Source: an uncultured Alphaproteobacteria bacterium (GTDB taxonomy: Bacteria > Pseudomonadota > Alphaproteobacteria > Rhizobiales > Beijerinckiaceae). From it: a DNA stretch of 64,000 nt. The notes under the pieces were generated by a model. It was not told the origin of the DNA. It saw nothing but the letters and a program-made list of their open reading frames with translations, and ran no database searches. Shown here one piece after another: positions 23,358 to 34,429 of the stretch (position 1 is its first letter; each line of letters starts with the position of its first letter). The stretch is taken from NCBI GenBank assembly GCA_963718265.1, contig CAVQZL010000021.1:58191-122190 (forward strand), read 5' to 3'. The position numbers were made by a program, and so were the translations under genes.

Positions 23358-23640
23358 GTTCTCCCTTTGCGCGGGGTGCTAAATTTGGGCCCAAACCCAT
23401 TGCGCGGCCGGGTTTGGGAAAATTGATGCGGATGTTTTAGCTATGTCGGCGGTGTTGTCAAGATAACAGCCGGTGCGGAACTGCGGGATAAAGAGTGCAG
23501 CGGCTTGTGACCAATTGCGATCGCCCCGAGCTGCGGCAGATTGCGTTCGCTGCGCGCGTTCCGTAAGGTGGGAAACGGCTAAGATCGCGCAAGCCCGAAC
23601 GGCCGGGATCGTGGTAAAGCCATAGGTTGGGAAAGCAGAT

Positions 23641-24303
23641 ATGGCGGAAATCGTCATCTTTGGAGCCAGCATGAGCGCCGAGGTCGCCAAGGCTTACCTC
23701 GAGGCCCATACCGAGCATCGCGTCGTCGGTTTCACGGTCGATCCCGCATATGCGACGAGCGATCGATTCTGCGATTTGCCGCTTGTTGCGTGGGATCGTC
23801 TTGAGGAGGCGTTTCCGCCCGATCGCGTGGAGCTGCTCGGTCCGATTAGCTACCGGTTGTTGAACGAGTTCAGACGAGACCGATTCTTCGAAGGAAAGGC
23901 GCGCCATTACCATTTCGCCTCGTTCATCCACCCAGATTGCCTTCACTATGCCAACGAAATCGGCGAACATTGTTTCATCGGGCCAAGCGTCATCGAGCCG
24001 GGTGCGCGGATCGGTAACAATGTGATCGTCTGGGGGGGCAGCTACATCGCTCATCACTGCGTCATCGGCGACCATACTTTCATATCCGGCCTGGTCGGCA
24101 TCGCCGGCGGCACACGGATCGGCGAGCGCTGTTTTCTTGGCGGCCATGTTGGTATTAGCAATAGCCTGACAATCGGCGATGGCTGTCTGTTGTCATTTGG
24201 CGCGATCGTGACTAGGGATTTGCTCCCGAACTCGGTCGTGCGACGCGGCGGCGGCGATAAAATTACGCCGTTTGCGAGTTCGCGGGTGCGCCGGCTGCTG
24301 TGA
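23641..24303 (+). CDS. Hexapeptide-repeat (LbH) sugar acetyltransferase, NeuD/PglD-like
   Basis: IVIFGA N-domain, FASFIHP, repeats IGEHCF/IGNNVI/IGDHTF/IGERCF/IGDGCL. Confidence 0.88.
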   Translation: MAEIVIFGASMSAEVAKAYLEAHTEHRVVGFTVDPAYATSDRFCDLPLVAWDRLEEAFPPDRVELLGPISYRLLNEFRRDRFFEGKARHYHFASFIHPDCLHYANEIGEHCFIGPSVIEPGARIGNNVIVWGGSYIAHHCVIGDHTFISGLVGIAGGTRIGERCFLGGHVGISNSLTIGDGCLLSFGAIVTRDLLPNSVVRRGGGDKITPFASSRVRRLL

Positions 24304-24452
24304 GCACATCCATACCGGCCCGCGGGCGCAGTGATCCACGGGTTTCCGGTCAATGTCATTATGAAGCCGCGCGAACGCCTGGAGCTCGAAAATCTGCGGG
24401 CCCAGGCAGTCGCAAAGACGCTGCCGCCGCGCGCCGGCCTTTCCCGATGCCG

Positions 24453-25765
24453 GCCGCTCGCCCCGCCGCGACGCGGGTGGGTCGCGTCAGCGATCCGGCG
24501 GCCAAAGTGCGGGCGAACCCTTGGCCCGCGCGACAGTATTTGCATGCAGCGCACCGGTCGAATCATAGGTTCCCTGCGCCGTGTAAGCTTTCCCGGACAC
24601 CAGGACGCCGGTGTGCTCCCTGTGGAGAGCTTCCGAATCGTCGACCCGCGCGATTTCACCGGTCCGCGTCCGCAGCGCGAGCCCAGTACCAGCGGCCGGT
24701 TGAAGAATCCCCGTCACTTGATGCGGAGAAGTCTTGGGGAAGGCTCGCCGCCGGCCCAGCCGCGGCGGCCGCGCTCGCCCCGAACAAATGCCCGCCGAGG
24801 CCGAAAATCGTCAGCTGCTTGTTGCTCGCCACATAGACCTTTCCATTCGCCACGACCGGCACGATATTGGCGTTGGCGCCGGTGTTGGGCCATGACCCCG
24901 CCCGCGAGGTATACAGCAACGGCAGCGTGCCACCCGAAGGCGCCGCACTGAAGGCATAAAGATTGACCGCGGCAGGGTTGGACTCGACCGGTCTTGAGGT
25001 CGCCCAGATGACCGTGGTCCCGGCCATTGCGCCGTTCGACGAAACCGCCGTAAAGGTTCCGCCATCCTGGCCGCTGGCGACCGGCAACGCTGCCCCTTCC
25101 TGGACAAAGGCAACCGTGGGCGAGGTCTGAACCTTCCAGACCGTGATTTGGGCGAGTGACGCGAGGCTGGTGGTAGTGCAGCCGCTGCAGCCGCTGCTGA
25201 CGACCCGCCCGATCCCGCCCGAACCGGTGAAATAGGACGGCCCGCACCAGCAAGGCCCGATGGTTTTTGTGTCGAGGACCTTGTCGGGGCCGCCCGGCGT
25301 AAACCCGCCCAGATTGTCGCGATTGAGCAAATACATATTTCCGGATTTGGCGGTGGCCACCGCCAGATTCGGAAACGGACCAGGCTGAGGCGGCAGAACG
25401 AGCACGCCCCCAGCCGAAACGTCTTCATCTGCTGCGTCCAAAGAATTTTCGTTCGACGGGGTGAATAGGTCGAGAAGATTTCCGAGTTGCGGGTCGAGCT
25501 TCACCACGCTCTCTTGAATATTGCGGACGCCATCATAGGTGCCCGTCGCGGAATTTCCGGTCGAAAAAAACAAATTCCCCGTGGGGTCGGCGGCTATGCC
25601 ATAGCCAGACATCCAAATGGAGGATAAGAAAAAGCCCCCCGTCACCGCGGGGAGCGTGTCGGTCAACTCATTCGCCGCAAGGGGCGTCAGCGTGCTCGCA
25701 TGCCATCCCAAAAGCCAGCCACGCGACTGATCGGCGTTGAAATCGCAAAAACTGCCAAATCCGGC
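24453..25765 (-). repeat. Long near-identical inverted repeat, arm 2 (pairs with 10098-11411)
   Basis: Reverse complement of arm 1. Confidence 0.92.
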
Positions 25766-26458
25766 GTAAATGTTGCCGGATGAGTGGAGTCCCAATGGAA
25801 TAACGCCGGATGACTCGAGCAGCGCTGGCCGCTGCCGTTGATATGCGGCGTTGAAAGTATAGGTCTTGCCATCGCTCAATTTGTGCGACGCAGCAACTGT
25901 GACTGGCGGAGTTCTGTCGGTCAAATTTTTCAGATTGAGGGCAAAAAGCTGATAGGTTGGGGTCCCGCTTATCAATGTATAGGCGATAACATAGAGTGTC
26001 TTGGTTGTCATATCGATGACTGGAGTGCCCTTGATTCCCACATTCGGACTATTCGTGCCGCAACTCAGCGGGTTTAGAACCGGAGTACCGAGAGTTCTCT
26101 TAACCAGCACGCTGCCATTGGCCGAATTGATCGCGTAGACCGTATTGGCTTCGGTAGCGACGTAAACGACTTCATACGTCCCCGGCGAGCCAAGCGTGAA
26201 GGTACCGGCGGTAATCTGTTGGTTTGGAACGACGAGGGGTTGTGCGTCGACTTGCTCGTCGAGCACGACCTTGGAGAGCACGCCGAATGTGCTCGGTCCG
26301 ACATTTGCCGCGGTCAGTATTGTTTCACTGCGGTTCCAGCCGGTGCGCAGATTGTCGTAATGGTAGGTCGCGACCACCTTGCTCAGGGCCCTGGCGGGAG
26401 CGAGAGGGAGGGCGATTGCCGCGACTATCGCCAAGCCTAGGATCGTAAAGCGTTGCAT
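24487..26458 (-). CDS. Secreted PQQ-type beta-propeller-like protein, copy 2 (frameshift near 24730)
   Basis: GAGGAG RBS, signal peptide MQRFTILGLAIVAAIALPLAPARA, same motifs as copy 1. Confidence 0.78.
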
Positions 26459-26877
26459 GGCTTTGCTCCTCGTGCATGTCAATATGCCATCGTGAGAGAC
26501 GCAGGCGTCTAAAGCATTGAGATAATTCATCAAAGACATTTCCTTCCCAGTGCAAGGATGGCTGGAATGGGTTCAATAATTTCGATTGTCGCCAAGGCTG
26601 TAGAGAACCACATCAAACGGGCGGGTGCAAGGCGTCAGAGCACGCGCTTGAACATGCGGATGCCGCGCGACGGCCGCTTAAACTGGACTACACAATCGCC
26701 GTGGCCACTGGTGTTGCGCGGTTCTGGCCGTGAAAAACGGGCAAACGCCGATCCGTTGCCCCTAGTGCGGCCGCAATAGATGCTGCCTCTGGCCCCGTGA
26801 CCCCAAGCAAATGAAAAGATCCGATTTGCCACCTTAGAAACGTCTCGCCCTGGCCCTCCTGGCGCGTCACCCAGGGC

Positions 26878-27504
26878 TCAAAAGACAAATACAAAGTCCA
26901 ATGTCAATCCGGCGATTCTATTCCGAAACACTTTGAAATCCCGGATGCCTGCGTCATCCAAAATACTCTTCATTTCTGTTAACGACAGTAAGTACATGTA
27001 TTCACCGGCAGCCCATTCTTTTCCCATAAGCGTTATATATCTATCAAACGTTTTTTTACCAAACCAGTGCAGAAATGGTACTCTAGTATGGATTTCGACC
27101 GGGAAATATCTGTTCGGCGTTGTAATAAATGCCCTCTCTGAAACCCGCCGTATCTCGTTTATGAACGCAAGTTGTAATTCACGATTACCAACATGTTCTA
27201 TTACGGCATTCGACCAACAAACATCGAACTTTTTGTCTTCAAAGGGAAATTTTCCTCCGCAATACTGGATAGCCGTGACCTTTGGATACCTCTGCTTGAA
27301 CTTAATCGGAGCGTCGACACTTAACGCCGTAAGCATCTCCGGAAAAGGATAGTATTTTTCAATAAAATTATCAGTATCACTATATTCTTCTTCGCTGAAT
27401 CCAACATCGAGGACCCGCGTTCGGGCAGTAGGTGCCATCTCTCTCTTGAAGAGATTCCACTTCCTATTGCGGTTCCACGCGGAGATTTTATGCGCTACAG
27501 ACAT
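26878..27504 (-). CDS. Class I SAM-dependent methyltransferase
   Basis: RVLDVG, FPFEDKKFDVCWSNAVIEHVG, TTPNRYFPVEIHT; visibly AT-rich. Confidence 0.88.
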   Translation of the reverse strand: MSVAHKISAWNRNRKWNLFKREMAPTARTRVLDVGFSEEEYSDTDNFIEKYYPFPEMLTALSVDAPIKFKQRYPKVTAIQYCGGKFPFEDKKFDVCWSNAVIEHVGNRELQLAFINEIRRVSERAFITTPNRYFPVEIHTRVPFLHWFGKKTFDRYITLMGKEWAAGEYMYLLSLTEMKSILDDAGIRDFKVFRNRIAGLTLDFVFVF

Positions 27505-28217
27505 GAGGGAACCTCAATATACACCGGTCGCAGCCGTATGACCAGCAGCGGCGCTGGCGCATGGGCCGTTACTCAACCGCGCCAAATCGTCGCTGGATTA
27601 TTTAGTATGGCGTTGTTGCACGGACAATTTCAAGAGCGAAGTTTAGGCTTTGTCGGCCAAATCTTGCAGTTTTCTTGGGAAAGGACTCAAACTGGGCGAC
27701 CGGCCGCAAACAGGCGAAACCGGATTACGTTGGAAGCGATCCACACCGGCGCTCGCCGGCTCGTCCAAGGGGCGAAGCGTTCAGCTTGGCAATAGCCCCA
27801 AGGGTGTTGATGGCACGGCCGGCAATGGCGGCAGCTACCGCTCGCCCTCTTGCCTTGCCTCAACCGTTACACTTTTCTTCGGCTTCACTTCGGCATCGAG
27901 GGAAGCTCCCCTATCTCAACGACCTCCCGCGATGTCCTATCGACGCGACAGCTACAGCGTGCCAGGCACATGAGCGGTGGATTTCGATCGCCGCGTGTGC
28001 TATGAGTTCAACTATCGTTTCCATGAAAACATCCGCCGTTCCCATGCGGTACAGGGCACGCGCAGTGCACGCGCTGACGGCAGGGGCACGAAGATGTATT
28101 GGTTAACTCCGAGTTGGCCGTTATAGCGACCATTATGACCCATGCAAGCGGTAAAGCTTGGCATGTGCCGAAAGCAAATTATCGCGCATAGGAGGACCAA
28201 GTTGGAAGGCTTCAATT

Positions 28218-29255
28218 ATGTCACGTATCAATAACCGGCAGATATTGTGCGACTTTTGGTACTTTCGGGAACTGGATGACCTACTGTGCCCGTTCGAGAA
28301 ATATGCTGAGGAAAAGCTAGGACTGCGCTTGGCGGGATTTCTTCTGCGCATTTCCGTCTTGCGGGCGTTGCTTTTGGTCTGGCTTGGCCGGGATTTTCGG
28401 CTCATTGCGCCGGATTGGTATCGGTACGGACGCCTGATCTGTTTCCTCCAGGCAATTTTGGGCAATCGCAACATCGTTATTTTCGAGTGCATCGATATCG
28501 ATGTTCGGAGCAAAGGCCCCATCATCGCGGCGACCATCCTTTTTATCTACAAATATCTCATCGGGCCCAGTATGCGGGCGTCCGTTGTCGCCATTCAGGT
28601 TATGACCAACCGGGAGCAACAGATATTCGTGGAGCGCTACGGCCTTCCGGAAGACGTGCTCCATACCGTTCCGTGGCCGCTCTCAGGGTGGTTCAGTGAG
28701 GTCAACAATTCGGCGGGCGAAGCGAGAGATGGATATGTCCTGGCCTCCGGTCGCATTAGCTGCGATTGGAAAACGCTTTTCGAAGCGGCGCATTTCGGAA
28801 ATTGGCCTCTCATCGTCGTGTGCTCGAGCAAGGACCTTCCGCGCGTTAGCGCTCTCAACAAGAACCGGCGTGCAACAGTGTTCAGCGAAATCGACTTCAC
28901 CGAACATCAACGGCTTTCTGCTCGCGCCGCGATCTATGCCCTTTGCCTCAAAGAGAATTTGAGGAGTAACGGCCATGTTCGACTCGCGGCTTCGATCGCG
29001 GCCGGAGTCCCTGTTGTAGCCTCCGATGTGCTGGGGTTGGAGGGGTATCTGATCGATGGCGTGACGGCGATCGCCGTGGAGGCCGGGCACCCAGCCGCGC
29101 TCGCCCGCGCCATCGAAAATCTTATGAACGAACCGGAGCGGCGAAACGCGCTCGCGGCGTCCGCACGGCAGTATGCGGCCAAATTCTCAAAGCACGACTA
29201 TTTTTCCGCGCTCAGACAACTATTGTCACTTTGTCTCGACAAATATGCTGCATAA
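28218..29255 (+). CDS. GT4-like glycosyltransferase
   Basis: C-terminal AAGVPVVASD..G..GYLIDGVTAIAV...LARAIENL; SGRISCDWKTL. Confidence 0.8.
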   Translation: MSRINNRQILCDFWYFRELDDLLCPFEKYAEEKLGLRLAGFLLRISVLRALLLVWLGRDFRLIAPDWYRYGRLICFLQAILGNRNIVIFECIDIDVRSKGPIIAATILFIYKYLIGPSMRASVVAIQVMTNREQQIFVERYGLPEDVLHTVPWPLSGWFSEVNNSAGEARDGYVLASGRISCDWKTLFEAAHFGNWPLIVVCSSKDLPRVSALNKNRRATVFSEIDFTEHQRLSARAAIYALCLKENLRSNGHVRLAASIAAGVPVVASDVLGLEGYLIDGVTAIAVEAGHPAALARAIENLMNEPERRNALAASARQYAAKFSKHDYFSALRQLLSLCLDKYAA

Positions 29256-29261
29256 GGGGAT

Positions 29262-30671
29262 GTGAGTTTGCGAAAAATAATAGGTTATGGGGCCGTCCGA
29301 GGGCCACAGTCCGGTCCGGGCGGGCGCTCCGTTCGCGAAGGCTTGCGGCGCGCCAAACCGGTCATGCATTTGGACGCCTTAGTGACGATCTGGTTCTTCA
29401 ATATCTATTTGGCAATACACTACATCAGACTGGCATTAGCACAGGAGTATAACTCTTCGCCGCTCGATGAAATCACGTGCCTTATTTTGCTTCCCTTCGC
29501 AATTTTGTTTCTCAGTGACCGGAGGTCTTGGCTGCCTGCCCTGTCAATGTTAGGTTTCGGCACGGTTCTTTTGCTCGGAGTGATTGTTTTCCCCAATAGG
29601 GGTGTACCCCAACCAATTTCCGCAATACTAACTATTGCACTTGATTGCAAACTTGCCATTATGACGTTTGCTTTCGCATGGATTTTCAAGAAGACAGGCA
29701 ACGCTATGCAGATATTTGAAAGTCTTTCTGTTTTGATCATCGTTCTGTGCCTGATCAATATTCCCTTCATTTTGCACGATCTGAGCGCAGGCGTGAACAT
29801 AAGGGGTAACACTTTAGGGTCGAAAGGTGCTTTTTTCCTGCCGCAAGGGCTTGTCTTGGGCCACTCCGAGGTTGCATGGCTCAATTCCTTCGGCGCCTTC
29901 GTGGCCGCAACGCGTTACAGACTGCGGAAACGGACGCTTGACCTTATGCTCTGCGCGCTGTTTGCCACGTTCGTCCTTCTCGCAGTTTCGGTAAAGGAGA
30001 TGGTGGGATGCTTTGCCGGTCTCCTCATTATCTTCAGCACGCCCCGCTCGGGATTTGGTTCGTTCGGCATGCACCTGGCAGTGCTGGCAGGCGTCGCGGC
30101 TCTCGTGCTCACCTATACGAAACTGGGGAGCGCCGTGTTGGCCCATGTCAGCATGTTTTACGGCAGCGATGCCATCGACTCGGTGCGGGCCGGCATGCTG
30201 AATGCGTCGTTACGCATCGCGGCCGATTATTTTCCGCTTGGAGCAGGAGGAGGAACTTTCGGCAGCGCGGCTTCCTATCAATACGGCTACAGCCAATTGT
30301 ATTACGATTACGGGATTTATTTGCTCTGGGGCGGAAGTCCAGATTATGCGGCCTTTCTCCAGGATGCGTATTGGCCAAAGGTGATTGGCGAAGGCGGCGT
30401 GCTGGGCGTCATCTTTTACGTGGTTTTCCTAATGTCGTGCGGCGTGTCTATTTTATATCGCGATCCCAATGCAAGTTCGCATCAGGAGGCTTTGCGCCGG
30501 TTGTGCCTCGCGTTTCTGTCACTGATCTTGGTGGTTTCGATTGCATCGTCTCCCTTCACGGACGAATTGCTGACCTTTGTTACGGCCCTCTGCTTCGGCT
30601 GCGGCATGAGCGGATCCTTACGGGCCGTGGGCGGGCGAAATGGTGCTCTCTCGCCAGCCTTTGCGCGATGA
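29262..30671 (+). CDS. Wzy/O-antigen ligase-like polytopic membrane protein (start may be 29364)
   Basis: About 10 hydrophobic segments; periplasmic loop R..ML.AS..IA.DYFPLGAGGGTFG, DAYWP..IGEGGVLG. Confidence 0.72.
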   Translation: MSLRKIIGYGAVRGPQSGPGGRSVREGLRRAKPVMHLDALVTIWFFNIYLAIHYIRLALAQEYNSSPLDEITCLILLPFAILFLSDRRSWLPALSMLGFGTVLLLGVIVFPNRGVPQPISAILTIALDCKLAIMTFAFAWIFKKTGNAMQIFESLSVLIIVLCLINIPFILHDLSAGVNIRGNTLGSKGAFFLPQGLVLGHSEVAWLNSFGAFVAATRYRLRKRTLDLMLCALFATFVLLAVSVKEMVGCFAGLLIIFSTPRSGFGSFGMHLAVLAGVAALVLTYTKLGSAVLAHVSMFYGSDAIDSVRAGMLNASLRIAADYFPLGAGGGTFGSAASYQYGYSQLYYDYGIYLLWGGSPDYAAFLQDAYWPKVIGEGGVLGVIFYVVFLMSCGVSILYRDPNASSHQEALRRLCLAFLSLILVVSIASSPFTDELLTFVTALCFGCGMSGSLRAVGGRNGALSPAFAR

Positions 30672-31984
30672 CAGCGGCTTCGATTTCGTTCCATCGGTCG
30701 AAGCAATTTTTTGCTGCCCTGGCAACGGTTCTGCGGCTCGCGGGGTCGCTGATATCGTTTCTTGTCCAGGTGCGGTTCCTTGGGCCCCATCAGTTCGGGG
30801 TCATTGGTTTTGCTTACACGATCGCGGGGCTGGCTTCGGTCTTAACGGATTTCGGCATGAACGTCTATGCCATGCGTTGGGCCAGTGCCGAGCCGGAACG
30901 GCGCGCCGTGCTCATATCGCTCTGCGTGATTGTCAAAACTTTTCTCAGCGCAGTCCTCCTTCTGCCTTGTCTTGTCTGGGTCCATCTATTGGGATTTTCG
31001 GCCTGGGAGCAATGCGCGGCGGCGTTCGCCATGATCGGCTACTTCGCAGCCGCCACCGCCGACATCGCCCTCATCGGTCTGCGCGTCCAGATGTTGTTCC
31101 GCAAGGAATTGATCATCGTGGCGTGGACGACCTTCATCTCCCTCGTCCTGGTCGTCACCGCAGCGACTGTGACCCGCGACGTGCTGTTTACGGCAATTTC
31201 CTTCACGATCGGTCGGGGCATCTATCTCGTTGCGTCACTCAACGCCATCCAAGAAATCCTGGCCGGCTTCCGGACGACCGCACGGGGGATTTTTCGCGAT
31301 GGACTCGCGTTGCTAGTTTCCGCGAAAGTGTATGCCGTCGACTTCATTCTGACGAATGCCATCAATCAGATTGACGTGGTGATCATTTCCTTCTTCGTCG
31401 ACACCGCTTCTCTTGGCCGCTACGTCGCAGTGACGCGGCTCGTACAGAACGCGCTGCCGCTGTTGGGCATGATGGCGACAGTTTATTTGCCTCCACTAGC
31501 TAGCCTCTATGCGAGCGGCACGAAGGATGAGTACCGCTCCCTGGCAAGGCACATGAACTTGGAATTTTTCGTCATCGGCATTGTTGCCGGTCTTTCGGTG
31601 GCCGTCATTGGCCCCATTGCCGCCCCAATCATCTTTGGTCCGAGCTATGATGCCGTCCGGGCGCTCTGGCCCGGCTTCGGCGTCTTCTTCATGATGAAAG
31701 TTCTCGTGACCCCCTATGGCGTGCAACTCGTTGCGGCGGGCCGGATCCATTGGCGGGTCGCTGCCCAGATCGTTGCCCTAACGTTCACGTGCGGCGCATT
31801 GGCTCTCCTGACTCCGGTCTACGGCATCTTGGCCGCTCCGTGGGTTGTTTCCGGGGCGGCGTTCATTCTCGCGCTGGGCTACGGCGAGGCTGCGGCTCGC
31901 CAGTACAATGATGCGGTTTCGATTCGGCTGTACTCACTCGCGTGTTGCGTTACTGCTGCCGGCATTTTTGTTGCGCTCCGGTGA
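30668..31984 (+). CDS. Wzx-type polysaccharide flippase
   Basis: RFLGPHQFG, LTDFGMN, QIDVVII, LGRYVAV..L, P..FGPSY; about 12 TM segments; ATGA overlap with the previous gene. Confidence 0.82.
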   Translation: MTAASISFHRSKQFFAALATVLRLAGSLISFLVQVRFLGPHQFGVIGFAYTIAGLASVLTDFGMNVYAMRWASAEPERRAVLISLCVIVKTFLSAVLLLPCLVWVHLLGFSAWEQCAAAFAMIGYFAAATADIALIGLRVQMLFRKELIIVAWTTFISLVLVVTAATVTRDVLFTAISFTIGRGIYLVASLNAIQEILAGFRTTARGIFRDGLALLVSAKVYAVDFILTNAINQIDVVIISFFVDTASLGRYVAVTRLVQNALPLLGMMATVYLPPLASLYASGTKDEYRSLARHMNLEFFVIGIVAGLSVAVIGPIAAPIIFGPSYDAVRALWPGFGVFFMMKVLVTPYGVQLVAAGRIHWRVAAQIVALTFTCGALALLTPVYGILAAPWVVSGAAFILALGYGEAAARQYNDAVSIRLYSLACCVTAAGIFVALR

Positions 31985-32497
31985 GCGGATTAACGGAAGC
32001 AATGTTCAGCGAAGATCTCGTGGCAATGCTCCTCGGACACGCAAGTAACGGCCGTAGCGGGGGTCGACATATTCGTCTTCTTTCTGTTTAGCGGTTCGGA
32101 TTAGGCCCTCCCCTTCCGTCGCTTTGGAGATGATGTTATCTTGTCGATATGGTCAGCGAAACACTGCCTATCCCTGGAATTTATTATCCTCGGATGTTCC
32201 CGGAGATGGACACGCGGCACTTGGACGACAACGAGTGCCGGGACTCCGTCCGCTGCTTTCGCCGCCCGGGCTGGTGCCTCTAGTCGCGCTATGGCATGAC
32301 CGGGAAGCCTCGGGGCTGTGCCCGAGTCATGAGTGGCATTTTCTCTCGCTTGTCCGGTTCCAATTGACCAATTGCCACTTTCGGGGCATGGGACTTGCTT
32401 TGATTACTTGCATGGCCTGCGGTACGGGCGGCAATTGCTTACGGTTAGCCGGTGAGATTTTTCAAGGATTCAGACCTTGCAATCCATGAGGAGCACA

Positions 32498-33469
32498 ATG
32501 GCAGGCATAAAGGAGATTGCTCAGAAGATTAATAATAAATATGAATCCGCGATCGTTGGTAAATTATCAAAAAATTGGCGCGCGGTTAACGCGGAGGATT
32601 TGAACGCTCACCGAGAATTTATCAAGAAAAGCGCTCTTCCGCGGGGCTACTACGAAACCGCACAGGGCAAAAAAGAGCTGGAGGAGCAAACAATCATCCG
32701 GGTAGACCTCGACCGTAGGACGTACGCCCCATGGATCAACTCATTTCTACCTCTAAGTGGAAGTAATATCCTTGAACTTGGTGTAGGATCAGGGTCTTCA
32801 ACGGTAACTCTTGCTGAGCAGGGCGCAACGGTAATTGGAGTTGAGCTTGTTGACCGATTGATGAAGCTCGCAGAGGATAAATGCCGGATCTTCGGTGTTT
32901 CGGCGGAGTTGAAGGCCGCAAATGCTGTGGATTATATGGCCAAGAGCGACAAAAGCTTCGATGCGGTTATCTTTTTCGCTGTACTTGAACATATGCTCCC
33001 AGAGGAGAGGCTTAAGGCACTGTCACGCGCCTGGCAGCTAATTCGACCTGGAGGTTATCTTATAATAATAGAGGCCCCAAATAGGCTCTGGTATTTAGAT
33101 AGTCACACGGCATGGTTGCCATTTTTTAACTGGTTGCCACCACAATTGGCTCTCCAATACATGCAATTTAGCCCTCGCGTTGGAATAGCTAAATTACTGA
33201 CCCCTCCTTCTGAGGAGCATCTTATTGAGCTTTACAGATGGGGCCTGGGAGTAAGCTTTCATGAGATCGATCTATCGCTGGGGAAAGACGTCCGGAATTT
33301 AGAACATCACTCACTTGGAGAGTTCTTACGGCGTCGGAGTCCGCTGAGGTATCTCGGATGGCATTTATTGGGGGATGCGAAATATGTCCGTTTTCTCAAG
33401 CGAGCGGCTCCAGATGTGCCGGTAGCTTGGTTTGAGCCGTACCTCAATCTGGCGATCCGGCACCCTTAG
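32498..33469 (+). CDS. Class I SAM-dependent methyltransferase
   Basis: ILELGVGSG, FDAVIFFAVLEHM, IRPGG, EAPNRLWYLDSHT; GAGGAG RBS. Confidence 0.88.
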   Translation: MAGIKEIAQKINNKYESAIVGKLSKNWRAVNAEDLNAHREFIKKSALPRGYYETAQGKKELEEQTIIRVDLDRRTYAPWINSFLPLSGSNILELGVGSGSSTVTLAEQGATVIGVELVDRLMKLAEDKCRIFGVSAELKAANAVDYMAKSDKSFDAVIFFAVLEHMLPEERLKALSRAWQLIRPGGYLIIIEAPNRLWYLDSHTAWLPFFNWLPPQLALQYMQFSPRVGIAKLLTPPSEEHLIELYRWGLGVSFHEIDLSLGKDVRNLEHHSLGEFLRRRSPLRYLGWHLLGDAKYVRFLKRAAPDVPVAWFEPYLNLAIRHP

Positions 33470-34404
33470 TGTCCGTCCAGAAACATATTGAATCGGATGA
33501 ATTATTTGTGATTTAAGGATGGCGGCCTGATTCGAGGAGGGACCGCCGATGTGGACGAAGGAAAACCGCGTGCGCTACAATCGCGACAAGCTGCGTTATC
33601 CGAGTGATCTGATTGACGCTGAATGGTCGCTGATCGAACCGCTGATCCCGCCGGCCAAGGGTGGCGGCAACAAGCGCCGGGTGAACCTTCGCGAGATCGT
33701 CAACGGGATCATGTATGTGCTCTCGACGGGATGCCAATGGCGGGCGATTCCGAAAGACCTGCCGCCGAAGAGCACGGTGTTCGCCTATCTCGATTTATGG
33801 ATCTATGACGGCACCCTGGATCGCATGCACCACGCGCTTTACGAAGCGTGTCGCGAGCAAGCCTGCCGCGACACCAGCCCTACCGCCGCGATCATCGACA
33901 GTCAGAGCGTGAAAAGCGCCGAAAAAGGGGGGCCTGCATCGATCCACCTGGGTTCGACGCCGGCAAGCTGATCAAGGGCAAGAAGCGGCACATTCTCGCC
34001 GACACCGAGGGATTGCTGCTGCATGCCATCGTGCATGCCGCCGACATTCAAGATCGCGACGGAGGCGTTCTTCTGCTGGCCACGCTGTTTGGCCTGTTTC
34101 CTTTCTTGAAGAAGCTGTTCGCCGACAGCGCTTATCAAGGGCCGATCTTTCACAAGGCCGTTGGCAAAATCCTGCCCCAACTCGACATCGAAATCGTCAA
34201 ACGTTCCGATCGGGCCAAGGGTTTCGCCGTCCTACCAAAACGTTGGATCGTCGAACGCACGATTGCTTGGCTCAATCGATGTCGCCGGCTCGCCAAGGAT
34301 TGGGAAAATCTGAATGTCAAAGCGCTCGCTTTCTTGCGCTTTGCCTCAATCCGCCTCATGCTCAGAAAACTCTGTAATCCTTCCTGATGTTCTTGGACGG
34401 ACTC
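33469..34404 (+). mobile_element. IS5-family insertion sequence (IS1031-like)
   Basis: Inverted repeats GTGTCCGTCCAGAAACAT / ATGTTCTTGGACGGACTC (15/18 match). No clear target duplication. Confidence 0.85.
33549..34387 (+). CDS. IS5 transposase split at A5G6 frameshift site (33922-33932)
   Basis: RYPSDL..EW, TGCQWR, IIDSQSVK, then GFDAGK.IKGKKRH, ADSAY, KRWIVERT. Confidence 0.92.
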
Positions 34405-34429
34405 TCCAGCTCACCGGCTCAAATAAATC

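Noticed and set aside
27960-28030. VCYEFNYRF resembling an IS1595 transposase C-terminus
   Set aside because: Too short, with no other motifs or inverted repeats.
32050-32110. GVDIFVFFLFSG resembling an acyltransferase-3 motif
   Set aside because: A single short motif with no sustained frame; cannot be supported without a search.
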